A stretch of DNA of 64,000 nucleotides from Hormiphora californensis. Its lineage: Eukaryota; Animalia; Ctenophora. This document shows positions 23,589 to 36,283 of this stretch, one piece after another (the first letter of the stretch is position 1; every line of letters begins with the position of its first letter). The translations under genes and the position numbers were made by a program. The stretch is from assembly GCA_020137815.1 (NCBI GenBank), contig CM035352.1, positions 3,844,001 through 3,908,000 on the forward strand, given 5' to 3'. The notes below the pieces were generated by a model. It was not told the origin of the DNA, made no database searches, and worked only from the letters and a program-made list of their open reading frames with translations.

Positions 23589-24259
23589 AAGTACACAAGT
23601 TGATCCCCGCGTGTTATGATCCAAGATGTGTAGCCAGTGAGGTGAGTGGGTGACAGATTTAACTTAATTCCAGACTCTCCCCATCTACAGACTACACCCT
23701 CTCGAATAATATTATATCCCTGATTCACGAGAACACTGCTGCACGCGACTGATTAGTTGCAGTACACGCGATTCACATTCGTTCAGATTAGAGGGTTAAA
23801 ATCTGAAAATACTTTGTAATCGCAAGAATTAGGGAAATAAACTATCTGAGCGCACTGAGAATCAAATCGGGCACTGAGAATCAAATTGGGGTCTGGCACC
23901 TCCAGACAGACAAATGCCCGATCAAAGAGTGTATAGTATTAACTATTTAGAACTGTGTGTATATATATAATATTTTTACAGAGTATATCATGGTTAGGAG
24001 AACAATAAAGACTAGCGATATATTTTGTTACAAATTGGCTGGGGCTATAAAATATACCAACAATTCAATATACCACTTTAATATAATTAATAGACCTTTC
24101 ATATCCTGGTTTTCTGCGACTGTCTGTGTGAAACAACCAGGACTTTTTTATACGCGAAGCTGAGTTTTCTTCATATATTCTGTGTTTCATGTCAGTATGT
24201 TTCATTTTACATTTCGCCAACAATGAAATAATTCCTAGTCCTATATCTCCTGTTTTCCT

Positions 24260-27244
24260 TCACTTTATCTCACCCTTGGGCAGATACATATCAAACTCTT
24301 TAACGTCTATATCTTTGATATCGTTGAGAGAAGACAGGGCGTCGATCACTATTTTGCTCTCTGAACTGGTTACAGGACTGCTTGAAGCGGTGTTAAAACT
24401 GCTCCCCTCGCTCTGAGGGGGCGTTCTGGCGGAGGCCGGAGATCTGCTGCAGGGTCGCTGGATGGTCGGGGACTGTGGGGGTGATGTTTTGTAGGCTCCC
24501 CCGGGGTACTGCACAGAGGGAGGGGCGGTAGGTGATACGGACTGTGGGGGTGATTTGTATCCAGGAAACGCAGGTATAGGATTCACCTGGGAGGGGAGAT
24601 AAGGAGGGGTTAATATCACTGAAGTCCATGGAGATGTGTGTGTGTGTGTGTGAAGCTGCCTCAGACGACCTTATTGAATATCTGAATTTGGCAGCTGCAT
24701 GATCATGAATGTTCTTTTATTAGTTCTTCTATGCTGCATGATAGAATTGAATCCTAACCTGTTAAATTGATTTGATAATTTTAAAATGACATACCGTTGG
24801 TAGTTGGCTCGAGAAGAAACTGATCTTGTGCTCAACCTTCACAGTAGGCTGGTGGACCCCAAACCTCTCTGTAGCCGTGCTGGTTGTTGGCATATTGAGA
24901 TAGGGTCGCTTGGGGAATAGGCACATCTGCTCAGATCTGAAGGGATCACTAGGTCGGATATACCCAGCCAGTATGGAGGGCGGGGTCGTGTAGATGGTCT
25001 GATCTCCGCTGAACAACCTGTTCCTGTCTGCAGTTGAGGTGTTGCTAGGGAAGAGCTAATGGGTCCAGTCATACCGGAACTGGCAGGAGGACCGCTGGTC
25101 TGATGTTGAGGAGTGAGGAACCAGGCATTGTACTGCTGTCTGGTGATACACACGCGTTCTGGAGGGAAGGAGGGGGTGTTGGATTAGAATTGGAATCGGG
25201 GGAAGAGGGGGGTGCTGGGTTAGAATTGGATTTAGTATCGGGGGGAGGGGGTGTTGGGTTAGAATTGGATTTAGTATCGGGGGGAAGAGGGGGGTGTTGG
25301 GTTAGAATTGGATTTAGTATCGGGGGGAAGAGGGGGGTGTTGGGTTAGAATTGGATTTAGTATCGGGGGGAGGGGGTGTTGGGTTAGAATTGGATTTAGT
25401 ATCGGGGCCGGGGGGGGGGGGGGGTGGTGGGTGTTAGATGCATATTTTGGAATGAAAGTAATTTACCTGAGTTTCTTGTTGTGACAGTAACGCTCTAGTA
25501 TTGGCAGTAAACTCGTGATTTGGATTGAGAAGGGCTCTCTTGGCCAGACTTTCTATCTCGTGCGGAAGGCGCTCTGTAGGTCTTTTCAGGTGTTTCCTTT
25601 TCTTGGGCCTGTATTTGTATTCAGGGTGCTGTTTCTTGTGAATCATCCTCAATCGCTCTGATTCCTGAAGGGGGGTGAAGTGGTGAGGTTGCTATAATTA
25701 CAGGCACGGTTCGTGAGGATTAGAAAAATTAGACAGCAAAATGAAAACTTTTTTTCTAGTGAAGATGTGATTTGTGACAGATCACATCTTCACTCGAAAA
25801 ATGTTTAGTCTAAAACTTTCACTTGGCAAGATATATACCCTGCTAACTTAAATAATGCGCCAGTGGCGAGAAGTCCCACTAGCGCGCTCTCAGTAAACAG
25901 CCAGTCCAGCGGCAGATTATTTCCCACTGGCAGGTTATTTATTTTTAACTCCTACGTAACATTCAAAGTGTGTGTAAATGATCAGTTCTTACTAAAATAC
26001 AGAGGGAACACTATGTGCAACACTTACACACTACATTGGAGAGAAAGAAAGGACACATTCCGTCAATTACTCTCTCTTTATCTCCCCTTTTGTCTCACTA
26101 TCTCTTTCTCTGTGTTATTTGTGATATGCCCCTTATCAGGCTATTTCTTTCACTCTCTTTCCTTAGCAACTGCTTAGTAACTGTTACCAAACAGTGTACA
26201 CTCAATTGTGACGTGTTTTTAACTATTTCTCAGTTCTCTTTGTGTGTTTTGATTAGTGTTCTCTCTCTTGTTGGTGTGTAATACTTGAAATAAACAACTA
26301 AAGCAGGGTATATAACCCATAAACTCTGACCACTGGCACGTTATAGGTTTAAACCCCTCCGCCTCTCCCTCGGCTCCGCCTCGGGATCGTCGTCGTGATT
26401 TAAACCAGTTTATCCGCCAGCGGCGGATAAACTCCAGCTAACTTCTCCCAGCGGCGCGCTGGGAGAAAGTTATCTGAAATAACGCGCCAGTGGCCAGAGT
26501 TTATGCCTCATATATGATTCGACTGCTTTTCTGAGGTTTTGGTATGCTCCCATACCTTGATGTAAGGGTGTTTATCTGTCTCACTAAGCATTCTCCACAG
26601 CTTTCCCAGAGTCTTGCTAAGTTCTGCATTGTGTAGATCAGGGTACTGGTCGGCTAGTTTTCTTCGGGCACTCTGAGCCCATACCTGGGAGATTAGGGGG
26701 GGTTAGATCTACTGTTATAGTTATGAGAGGGGAGCTGCAGCTGGGTTTGATTAGTGGGTTGCTGCGTACCAGGAATCAGAGCTGCTGAGTAGTGAGTGTA
26801 AAATGCACATGGAGTTAAATGATATATGCTAGTCTATACTCAGCTTCCAGAAATGGATTTATAGACAAATTAAGGGGCAGACAGGGGAGATAATCATATG
26901 ATGGATAGGTAACTATATCATGATCCGTTGCAGCCGGTGTTCAATTTGTCCCATACGGTCTGATTTAGTCTGAACCAACAACTCCAACCTTGTCTCTGAT
27001 CCCTCTCTAGGTATCTCATTCCATCTATAATCTCTCGCCCTCCGTCTCTCCTTCTATATCTCTCTAGTCTCTCCCCCTTCCTATCTCTCTTTATCTCTAT
27101 ATCTCACTAGTCTTCTTTCTTTCTATGTATCTCTAGTCTCTGTAGTCTCTATATTCTTTCTATGTATCTCTTTCGTCTATACATTTGTACTTTATGATGA
27201 CTGCAAAACCCACATGTGCATATTTCTCTCTCTATCTCCCTCTA

Positions 27245-27304
<60 letters not shown>

Positions 27305-28942
27305 TTCTCTATCTCTCTCTCTCTATTTTCATCCCTCTCTCTGTTCTCTTTAAACTGGATAACGCGTCAATGGTGCATGTGCAAGAGACACTCCCCCGCA
27401 AAGCTTGCTATTTCACTCTCTCTCTCTCCCCCTCTCATTCTCCCTCATCCATTCTCCCTCAGCCATTCTTAATACCATAAGAACTTATGCGACAATGTGA
27501 AGCATAGTATGACAATTAAAATGGTTTTGGGTGACACACCCATATCACATGCAAAGTGTAAATCATGGAATTAGACGTCATAACTCATAAATGATTGGTT
27601 TCTCATTCTAGAAAGTTTGCATGCCAATAAGCCCATAAAGAGTAGACGGAAGGGACATGATTCAGGTATTCATGGCCCATGTATAGAACACCTACTGCAG
27701 GTCCCTTCTTCTCTACTGCTTTTGGCACGTGTCAATTTTGCCAAGGTGATCGTTCATGTTACCACGAATCCCCCTCTTAACAAAGGTGCAAATCCCCCTC
27801 TCATGATTCTAGAGACATGTCATGCGAGATGCGAATTCTCTGCATTTTAAGTTTTCTCTATTTAGCGTCCTGCCTCCGACGTGCACCCTCCCTCACAGCT
27901 GTCAAGCAGTATATCCCACCAACACTCTCTTGCGATGCATAGTGACACACGCCGTTACATGTCGCACACGCCTCCCTTACAGACAGACAAATACTATAAC
28001 AGCTCCCCCTCCCTTCCTTGAGAAGATCAATATCAGAACCACCAAACTAATCCACTATTATAATATAGATAACCCCGGCTAGTAGAGGGATGAAATCTGA
28101 TATACCACCCTGTCAGGGTGGTATATCAATACGATATCCACGAGGAACGGAGTGACGAGGGGAATATCGTGTGATAATCCCCGTAGGGGATTATCAAATT
28201 TCATCACTTTACTAGCCGTGGTTATTTATTATAAAACGACCCCGGGAATTATGAAAGGTGTGAAAACAGAGGGAGGGAATTATTTGATATACCACTGCAG
28301 TAGACTGCGGGAAATATCAGCAGGGGGGGTGGTTTATAGCACGCCTACTAGGGGAAGTAGAATATATCTTTAGAAGCCGTTTAGAACACATGTTGTGCTT
28401 GTGGGAGACTGGTTGCGGTTTGCTGATAGACAGGGCCAGGGTGACAAGATATCGTACTCGGCTCTGTGGTCAGTGGGTGACAAGATATCGTCCTAGGTTC
28501 TGCGGTCAGGGGGCCCCATTAACACTCTGCTGACCACACTGTCAACCCCACCCAGCTGGTACAAGCAAAGTTTGAAATCAAGTAGAGTTTAGAACGGGGC
28601 TTGAGTGGCCGGGTCAACACCAAAAAACCAACAGTGTAAGCATGGAAATACCACGAGAAAGCGACTGGAAAGTGGACTCACGATCATGACACATCGCTGA
28701 TAATATCTCAACAAAAATAATATGTGATATGCATGTTGACCGGAATTTCCAGACCTCCGTTTGGACTTTGGATTTTCTGGTCGATCTGGTCGGACCATGG
28801 CTACTTTTTGTCAAGCCATTCCACCCTCAGCCCCCGCACGTGATGATATGCACCATGCACTGTCAGTTGTTTTTATTTGACTACTAAAGTACCAGTATCA
28901 CAAAATAATAATTGCACCTCCCACGCGTCTACTAATAGTAAT

Positions 28943-29039
<97 letters not shown>

Positions 29040-30131
29040 GGGGAAGGCTGTCTACTCGCGGCGTAGAACACATAACTGCCCGCATGCTTGTTTTTCAACA
29101 ACACATATACTCCCCCACACAAGAAATGATGCGGGGGAGGAGTACAGCTGCAACACCCAGCTCCTAAACTGCATCTTTAGACTACTCCTGGAAAGTGCTT
29201 GTGCATCTTCAGACTATAACTGAACCCAGCTACACCCTCACCTCTCGTACCTATAAAGGTATAAAACCATCTACTGGTTCTGGTATCCCAATCCGATACA
29301 CCGATACACCGCCGATACACCGCCCGAGATCTCTGGAGATATGGCCGCGTCTACGGAGGGGCACACCTAAAGTACCTAGACAAATAGTCGGCAGTAAATT
29401 CCATTACCAGTCGCCATACCAAGGTCCTTGTGCGGCCATAGAGGCGAGAGATCATCAGAGAGAGGGAAGAACAGGATAGAGAGAAATTGAGTGTTGGGAA
29501 AGTGAGCTGAGAGGACTTTTAATCTGTCATACAGCTTCCGCCGGATCGCGCCTCTACGGAGGCGGCGCCCAGAGTAGAGCTGCAGATGCGCAGTATACTG
29601 TCGAGTCTCGTTCGGCCTCAGTCTGATCGACGCATATAGCATCAGTCTGGCGATCCAGCATAGACTCTCGTCTTCCTATATATCGCTTAGCTCTCTATCT
29701 CTGTTCACATCTATCGTGTCTGCTATCTCTCTCTCTCTCTCTCTATTCTCTCGCTATCTAACTCTCTCCTCTACTGCTATTCAGTCTCAGTCCATGTGGT
29801 CCCCCACCCAGTGATATTCGTCTAACCAAACTCCTTTCCGTCCATTCCCTAGTCCCCTCAGTCCCCTAGCTACCCGGCAGTCCCCGGTAGTGCAAACGCA
29901 TGCGTTAGTTGCATCTGATACATCGGGTTCCCCCCCATCCATAGCTCCCTAGTCCCCCAGATCCCTAGTCGCCTACTGCACACCTAACATAGCTCGACTT
30001 GGAAAGAATCGTGGTATGTGCTGATTTTGACACGGCGGCATGGTGTCGTGTTTATCTAGCTAACTCCTAGTTATTGGAACACTAGAAGGGAATACATGGA
30101 TTTTGGTATTGCATGTTTACCTTTTACACCA

Positions 30132-30225
<94 letters not shown>

Positions 30226-30583
30226 CTCCCGGAAATCAGTCGTGAACCACACCTTTTGAACCCAATACAAGATCATGGCTGTCCCACTTTTTCCTAATGA
30301 CGTGTCATTCTCGGCGACAAGTCTACCCAAACCGGGAGAATTCGAATTGGAAAATCCATAAAATCCCAGGCAACCTGTAGATCTAGGTGTATTTTACTAC
30401 ACAACTTATTTCGGGGAAGATGCAATCTGATATAATAATAGTGTTCAAGAGTTGTTCAAGTGGTGTTCAATATTTCAAAACACATAATATCGTCATATCA
30501 TCAGCGGTATTTTGGAATCAAGTGTTTGTAATGGGATAGATTACCCACTCAGAGGAAATATGGGGGAGACTGACTGAGTCTGA

Positions 30584-30659
<76 letters not shown>

Positions 30660-32913
30660 AAAAATAGAGAAATGGGAAGAGAATGGGAAGAGAAATAACT
30701 AAAATTAAGTAGTAGAGAAATAACTAAAATTAAGTAGTAAATTATACTTCATCCAATTGGTCACCTGCCGCAACCACCACAAAAACATATCAGTTTAGAT
30801 CAGAATTTTGCAGCCCTTGATGATCTAGGGCAATAATTGGCGTTTCAATTTGTCAACTCCTCGTTCGGTTATGACCTAATATTACTTAACATACACGATC
30901 AATAATTCTCACCATTTGCATTCCACCTATCATTATATTTTATGGCCTCAACACGATCTGTAATTAAATAGAAAAGGTCTAACAACGCCCTATCTAACTC
31001 ATTAGCCCGTGGTCTGACTCTGCAGGTACGTCTGCTAGTGATGACTGAGTCTGACCTTTCAAGGTCTAATTGTCCTACTGACCTTGCCGGAGCTGTTGGA
31101 CTAGACCTTGCAATTTCAGACCCTATGTGCAGTGCATCCCTTGGACCTGTCTGCCATTTGAGCTGGTCTGGCGGACTGGTTACTAACCAGTGGTTAGACT
31201 ATAAGTCAGACCCAGTCAGACCCCATGTACTAGCTGCATTATTATATCACTGTCTACTTTTAGTATATCGGTCAGACTGAGAAAAATTGATTTATTTTAA
31301 CTAAGTTAGGGTTTTGTGTTCATATGACCTCTGCAATAGATTGAATTTTATGGAATTGTTACCCATTCTATCCTCCCCCCTCCGAACTCCCTAGATCGCG
31401 TTAGTTTAATTGGAAACCAGGGGAGGTTCATTTTTATTTCATATAGCGGTCGATGAAAAAACAAGATTAGGCCAATATATGTTCCACTATATAATATGGT
31501 GCTGGTGCAGTGGGACCCAGGCGTAATAGCTGGGCACGAATTAATTGGATTTTAAAACCACCCGACCGGTCAACATGATTCTGTACAGTCGGACCCCGAA
31601 TTATTATGATTCCAAGTTATCTGGAAGGTTTGATTTTATTGAAACACTTTTTACCGGATTATTTGCACAGATCATCCTAAAGATCACATGACAGACCGAG
31701 TTGACCAATCGGAAGGCCCCGCTGCACAGATCAACCAATCAAAACTGCGCCAGATCATTAGTTGCTATAGGCTCCAAGAAAACTGGCACGACTTGCAGAT
31801 TCAGGGGTTTAAGTGAGATCTGATTAGTGAAATCTACGGCTCACAGGTAAAATATGGCTAGTACTGCAGGCTAGTGCTCAGCTAGTGCTTGACCTGGTTC
31901 AGGACCATCAATGATTAATGGTTTTCTTTGTAAGAAAAGACAAGCCTCATCCTGAGATATATTGTATAAAAAAGACCGTCAAATATAACCCGAACAAAAT
32001 ATGTGCAGTAAAAAACCTACTACAGAATAGAACAAAGCTGGAATACAGAGAGAGATAATATCTAACAAGTCTGACCCGGGAAATATGATCTATAGCAGTC
32101 TATGTAATGACGCGGCCGTGTATAGATAGATCATATCTTCTGCACAAAATAGACACCTGCAGGAGTCTCGCCTGATTTAATAATTCTACTGCTGTCTCTC
32201 TTATTATACCATGATCACCCAGCCAACTTTTTCAGTCTCATGAATATCATATGACATCAGATTCTATATATCTTCCCCAAATTATCTTTCGAACAACCAG
32301 TGTTTTAACTGATAGTATCAGTAAAATCAGTGATAGTATCAGTGATACAAGTACGGGTTTTATTGCTCTGCTCCAAACTTGTATTTTGGTAATCTGTTGC
32401 ATAACTGTTGCATCTTAATCTAAAAATATATTCCTACTGCTGCATTAGTTCTTAGGAACTCTCTTTTGCGCGAATAACTATTTAACTATTTAGACTATTT
32501 AATTATTCAGACTGTCACATGCGACTCCATGAGGCCCTTATGAACAAAAAGAAAGTATGAACAATTAAACTATTTAACTAATGCATTATAAGCTGAAATA
32601 ACACTCCAAGCATAAAGAAAAATCAAATTCAGAAAAGGGATCATTATTGTAAGAGATTGGGTAATAATCACAATTTCAAGCAGCAGGAAATCAATTAATC
32701 ATTATTTAAGACATGCAACACAAAAAAACGTACCATAAAAGCATTCATTGGACGTTTGACGTGAGATGAGTCATCAGGAGATGGGGCCCGCTTCCTCCCA
32801 TCCGACCCCACGGGACTGCCCGGGTCCTGGGTTGATGATATAGCTGCAGAACGGATAAATTCATCTGATGTTGTGGATTCGGCACCACCAAGTGTATACG
32901 CTGGACTCGCCAT
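24260..32913 (-). CDS. SoxE: SoxE-group HMG-box transcription factor
   Basis: Exons 32734-32913, 26556-26684, 25467-25664, 24795-25158 (frame break inside), 24260-24586. HMG box [43 protein letters not shown]...[12 protein letters not shown] is close to Sox8/9/10; VKVE SUMO-like site; C-terminal EFDMYL. Confidence 0.92.
25165..25436. repeat. ~36-bp intronic minisatellite
   Basis: GGGGTGTTGGGTTAGAATTGGATTTAGTATCGGGGG-like unit, about 6 copies. Confidence 0.9.
25832..26505 (+). mobile_element. Cloverleaf element A (asymmetric IRs plus branched terminal hairpin)
   Basis: IR TATATACCCTGCT (25832) and AGCAGGGTATATA (26302); branched hairpin 26318-26505; homologous to 51478-52161. Confidence 0.65.
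28060..28338 (-). mobile_element. Cloverleaf element C (different sequence, same architecture)
   Basis: Outer stem 28060-28232 enclosing three arms; IR pair at ~28230 and ~28327. Confidence 0.6.
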
Positions 32914-33416
32914 GTGAGATTGCAAAGAGATTGTTGGCAGATATATAGCACAGTGGAGAGTTGGGACACTAGCCGGGGAGCAGCAGCTCTAGTTGAGAGA
33001 TCACGCGACCCGTCACGTGACATGCTACGTCACGCGCGCAGTCCACCAATCACAGCGCGACCTGGGAGAGAGGGGAACTCTCTCTGTGTGTGCAGAGCAT
33101 GCAATGCAGTATATCGAGGGGGGCCTCGTTGTTGATTTTAAGTACACATGGATATCGATATCCAGCACCCAATTAAGCAGCAATTAACGAGCCTCAAGCA
33201 GGGCTCACAGCAACTAGTGTGAAATCAAGATGTTGATAGAGAGTCCAAATATATAGAGTCCGCCGCTGATATATAATACAGGAAACAAGTGCAGAGAGTT
33301 TTCACGACATCGTATTGTCACTCCTACGCTTTTTGTTGTGCTGAACATGGACACGAACTGTAGAATGACAATGTACGCGTGGGGGTAATTGCTATCCGTA
33401 ACATGGGATTGTTTAA

Positions 33417-36283
33417 CCCTTTGAGGACCATAACGATTGGCCGAACAGAATTTTCTAATTTTTTGTGGAGAAGGTCAGGAAAATAGTCTAAGATTATACG
33501 AAAAGGGTTTACTGAAATCGGGTTTTTACTTTTTGTGTTATGACATGGGTCATATATGACCCAGTGGTACTTATATGGTACAAAAAGGTTAGAGACGTCC
33601 TGTGTGAGCTATACTGTTATCAGGGACATAAAAACCGGCTCATTGGTGTACTAGAGACATTACTAAACTGTTACAACCGGAATATTACGTCTCAGACGGT
33701 TTTTTACCTGATTTGGGTCATATATGACCCAGTGGGCCGTTTGGGAAAATTTCAATGATATTGCCGAAAACTAATGAGTTTCGCTATTTCAACACAAAAT
33801 AAGCATTTGAAAGTTATTAATATGCTATATAATGATTGTTCAACCATTCAAATTAGATATTATGGGAATATTTACTAGATTTGGGTCATATATGACCCAG
33901 TGGGTCGTATAGGGAAAAATCATACTTCGGATTCAAAAACTCAAATTTCAATCCTTATTTGATGTACAACCAATTACTCGTATCAATACAAATCCAATCA
34001 ATAATAGTCCAATCATTCTAACTGATGGTGATGATAAAAACAGTTTCGCTTTTGAGTCAGACAGAACCCCTCCCTTTACAACCACTAGCCGAACAACCAA
34101 TATAGGTTTTCTTGTCCGATTTGCAAACATTACACCTACGCCTCTGATCGACGTAAACTGGAAGATGGCTCCCAGAAAGAGCTGGAGCAGATGATCCGTC
34201 TTTCTTAACCTGTTGCAATGGGAATGCCCGTTCTATACAACTAACGTCCTCAACTATACCTCTACAAACTGCCAAACGAAACTCTTTCGAAGTTTCAGTT
34301 TTGTTCGGATGGATGGCCTGGTAAGCTATTCGTGAGTTCATGAGTGATTGATCCATAAAATTAAACACTAGTCTGAGATAGTACCTGTGTTTCGACCTCC
34401 TATCAGTTCCACAAGTAATATTAGACAGTCTGTCGTGCAAGTCGACTCCCCCATTATATAGGCATTGTAGGACTTGATCACTTCTGGGCATGGAAAGGAC
34501 GTCTTTGTTACCTTCCCCTTCACTCTTCTCAGGACTGTTTCGACTTTTTCACAGCTATTGGCGCTTGTAATGACATGAACAGGCTTATTGTCGATCCATT
34601 TTACCACGTTTGTTGCCGTAGATGCTACTGCAGATGCGGCAGGTGACCGGAATATCTTCATCTCTCCACGTGACATGTCCTTATCTGCAGGAAACGATGG
34701 CATTCCTTTTCGAACTGCTGAAACTACCCCGGTATAATAGATACCATTCTCGAGAAGATGCAAGAGTAAAACTGGTTGCCTTTATCAATTTGCCTTATAC
34801 ACGGGACGGAAAGAATCACCTGAGCTGGGGCTAGGCGAATCTGTTGTTGTTAGTCTCACAGAATCTCTGTAGGACACCTGGGTCAACGTGTACGCCGACA
34901 ACTACTTCTCAACCCCCGCCCTAGTCCTCAATCTTCTCGAGAATGGTATCTATTATACCGGGGTAGTTTCAGCAGGTCGAAAAGGAGCCATCGTTTCCTG
35001 CAGATTTAAGGACATGTCACGTGGAAAGATGAAGATATTCCGGTCACCTACCGCATCTGCAGTAGCATCTACGACAATAAACGTGGTAAAATGGATCGAC
35101 AACAAGGCTGTTCATGTCATTACAAGCGCCAATAGCTGGGAAAAGTCGAAACAGTCCAGAGAAGAGTGAAGGGGAAGGCAACAAAGTCGTCCTTTCCATG
35201 CCCAGAAGTGATCAAGTCCTACAATGCCTATATGGGGGGAGTTGACTTGCACGACAGACTGTCTATTACTTGCGGAACTAATAGGAGGTCGAAACACATA
35301 TACTATCTCAGACTAGTGTTTAATATTATGGATCAATCACTCATAAACTCACGAATAGCTTACCAGGCCATCCATCCGAACAAAACTGAAACTTCGAAAG
35401 AGTGGTTGTAAAGGGAGGGGTTCTGTCTGACTCAAAAGCGAAACTGTTTTTATCATCACCATCAGTTAGAATGATTGGACTATTATTGATTGGATTTGTA
35501 TTGATACGAGTAATTGGTTGTACATCAAATAAGGATTGAAATTTGAGTTTTTGAATCCGAAGTATGATTTTTCCCTATACGACCCACTGGGTCATATATG
35601 ACCCAAATCTAGTAAATATTCCCATAATATCTAATTTGAATGGTTGAACAATCATTATATAGCATATTAATAACTTTCAAATGCTTATTTTGTGTTGAAA
35701 TAGCGAAACTCATTAGTTTTCGGCAATATCATTGAAATTTTCCCAAACGGCCCACTGGGTCATATATGACCCAAATCAGGTAAAAAACCGTCTGAGACGT
35801 AATATTCCGGTTGTAACAGTTTAGTAATGTCTCTAGTACACCAATGAGCCGGTTTTTATGTCCCTGATAACAGTATAGCTCACACAGGACGTCTCTAACC
35901 TTTTTGTACCATATAAGTACCACTGGGTCATATATGACCCAATTTTTGAAATCGCTATAGCTCAGTCAATTTTTAATATTTTTTGATGCGGCTTTTTTTT
36001 TGCAGTTCTAGTTGGTCTTCTTCTAAAGTGTTTAAAATTATAGAAAATTCGTAGGAGGCGTTTAGAAATGGCATCAAAAGTTAAAAAATGACCAAAATGA
36101 ACATCATTTGGACCCAATTATCTAAGCCTTAACATCAATGATTGTGCATGAAACTTGGATTTTTAGGTAGAGAAATGTCTAAACTATCATTTAGGCTTTA
36201 GTTTGGGCTCAAAAGTTAATCCTGAAGCTGAGAAATCAGTCTTTAGTGCAGTGGGTCATATATGGCCTGTGGTCCTCAAAGGG
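33417..36283. mobile_element. Defective piggyBac element with internal inverted duplication of the transposase 3' half
   Basis: TTAA TSDs (33413-33416, 36284-36287); 14-bp TIR CCCTTTGAGGACCA; motifs YADNYF, YNAYMGGVDLHD and Cys-rich tail; frameshifted copies on - (34057-34763) and + (34888-35411). Confidence 0.92.

Noticed and set aside
26318-26505. Cloverleaf as tRNA or tRNA-derived SINE
   Set aside because: About 190 nt, no A/B boxes, anticodon-type loop or poly-A tail
33547-33900. Regularly spaced palindromes as a CRISPR array
   Set aside because: 152-bp spacers inside a piggyBac; subterminal TE motifs explain them better
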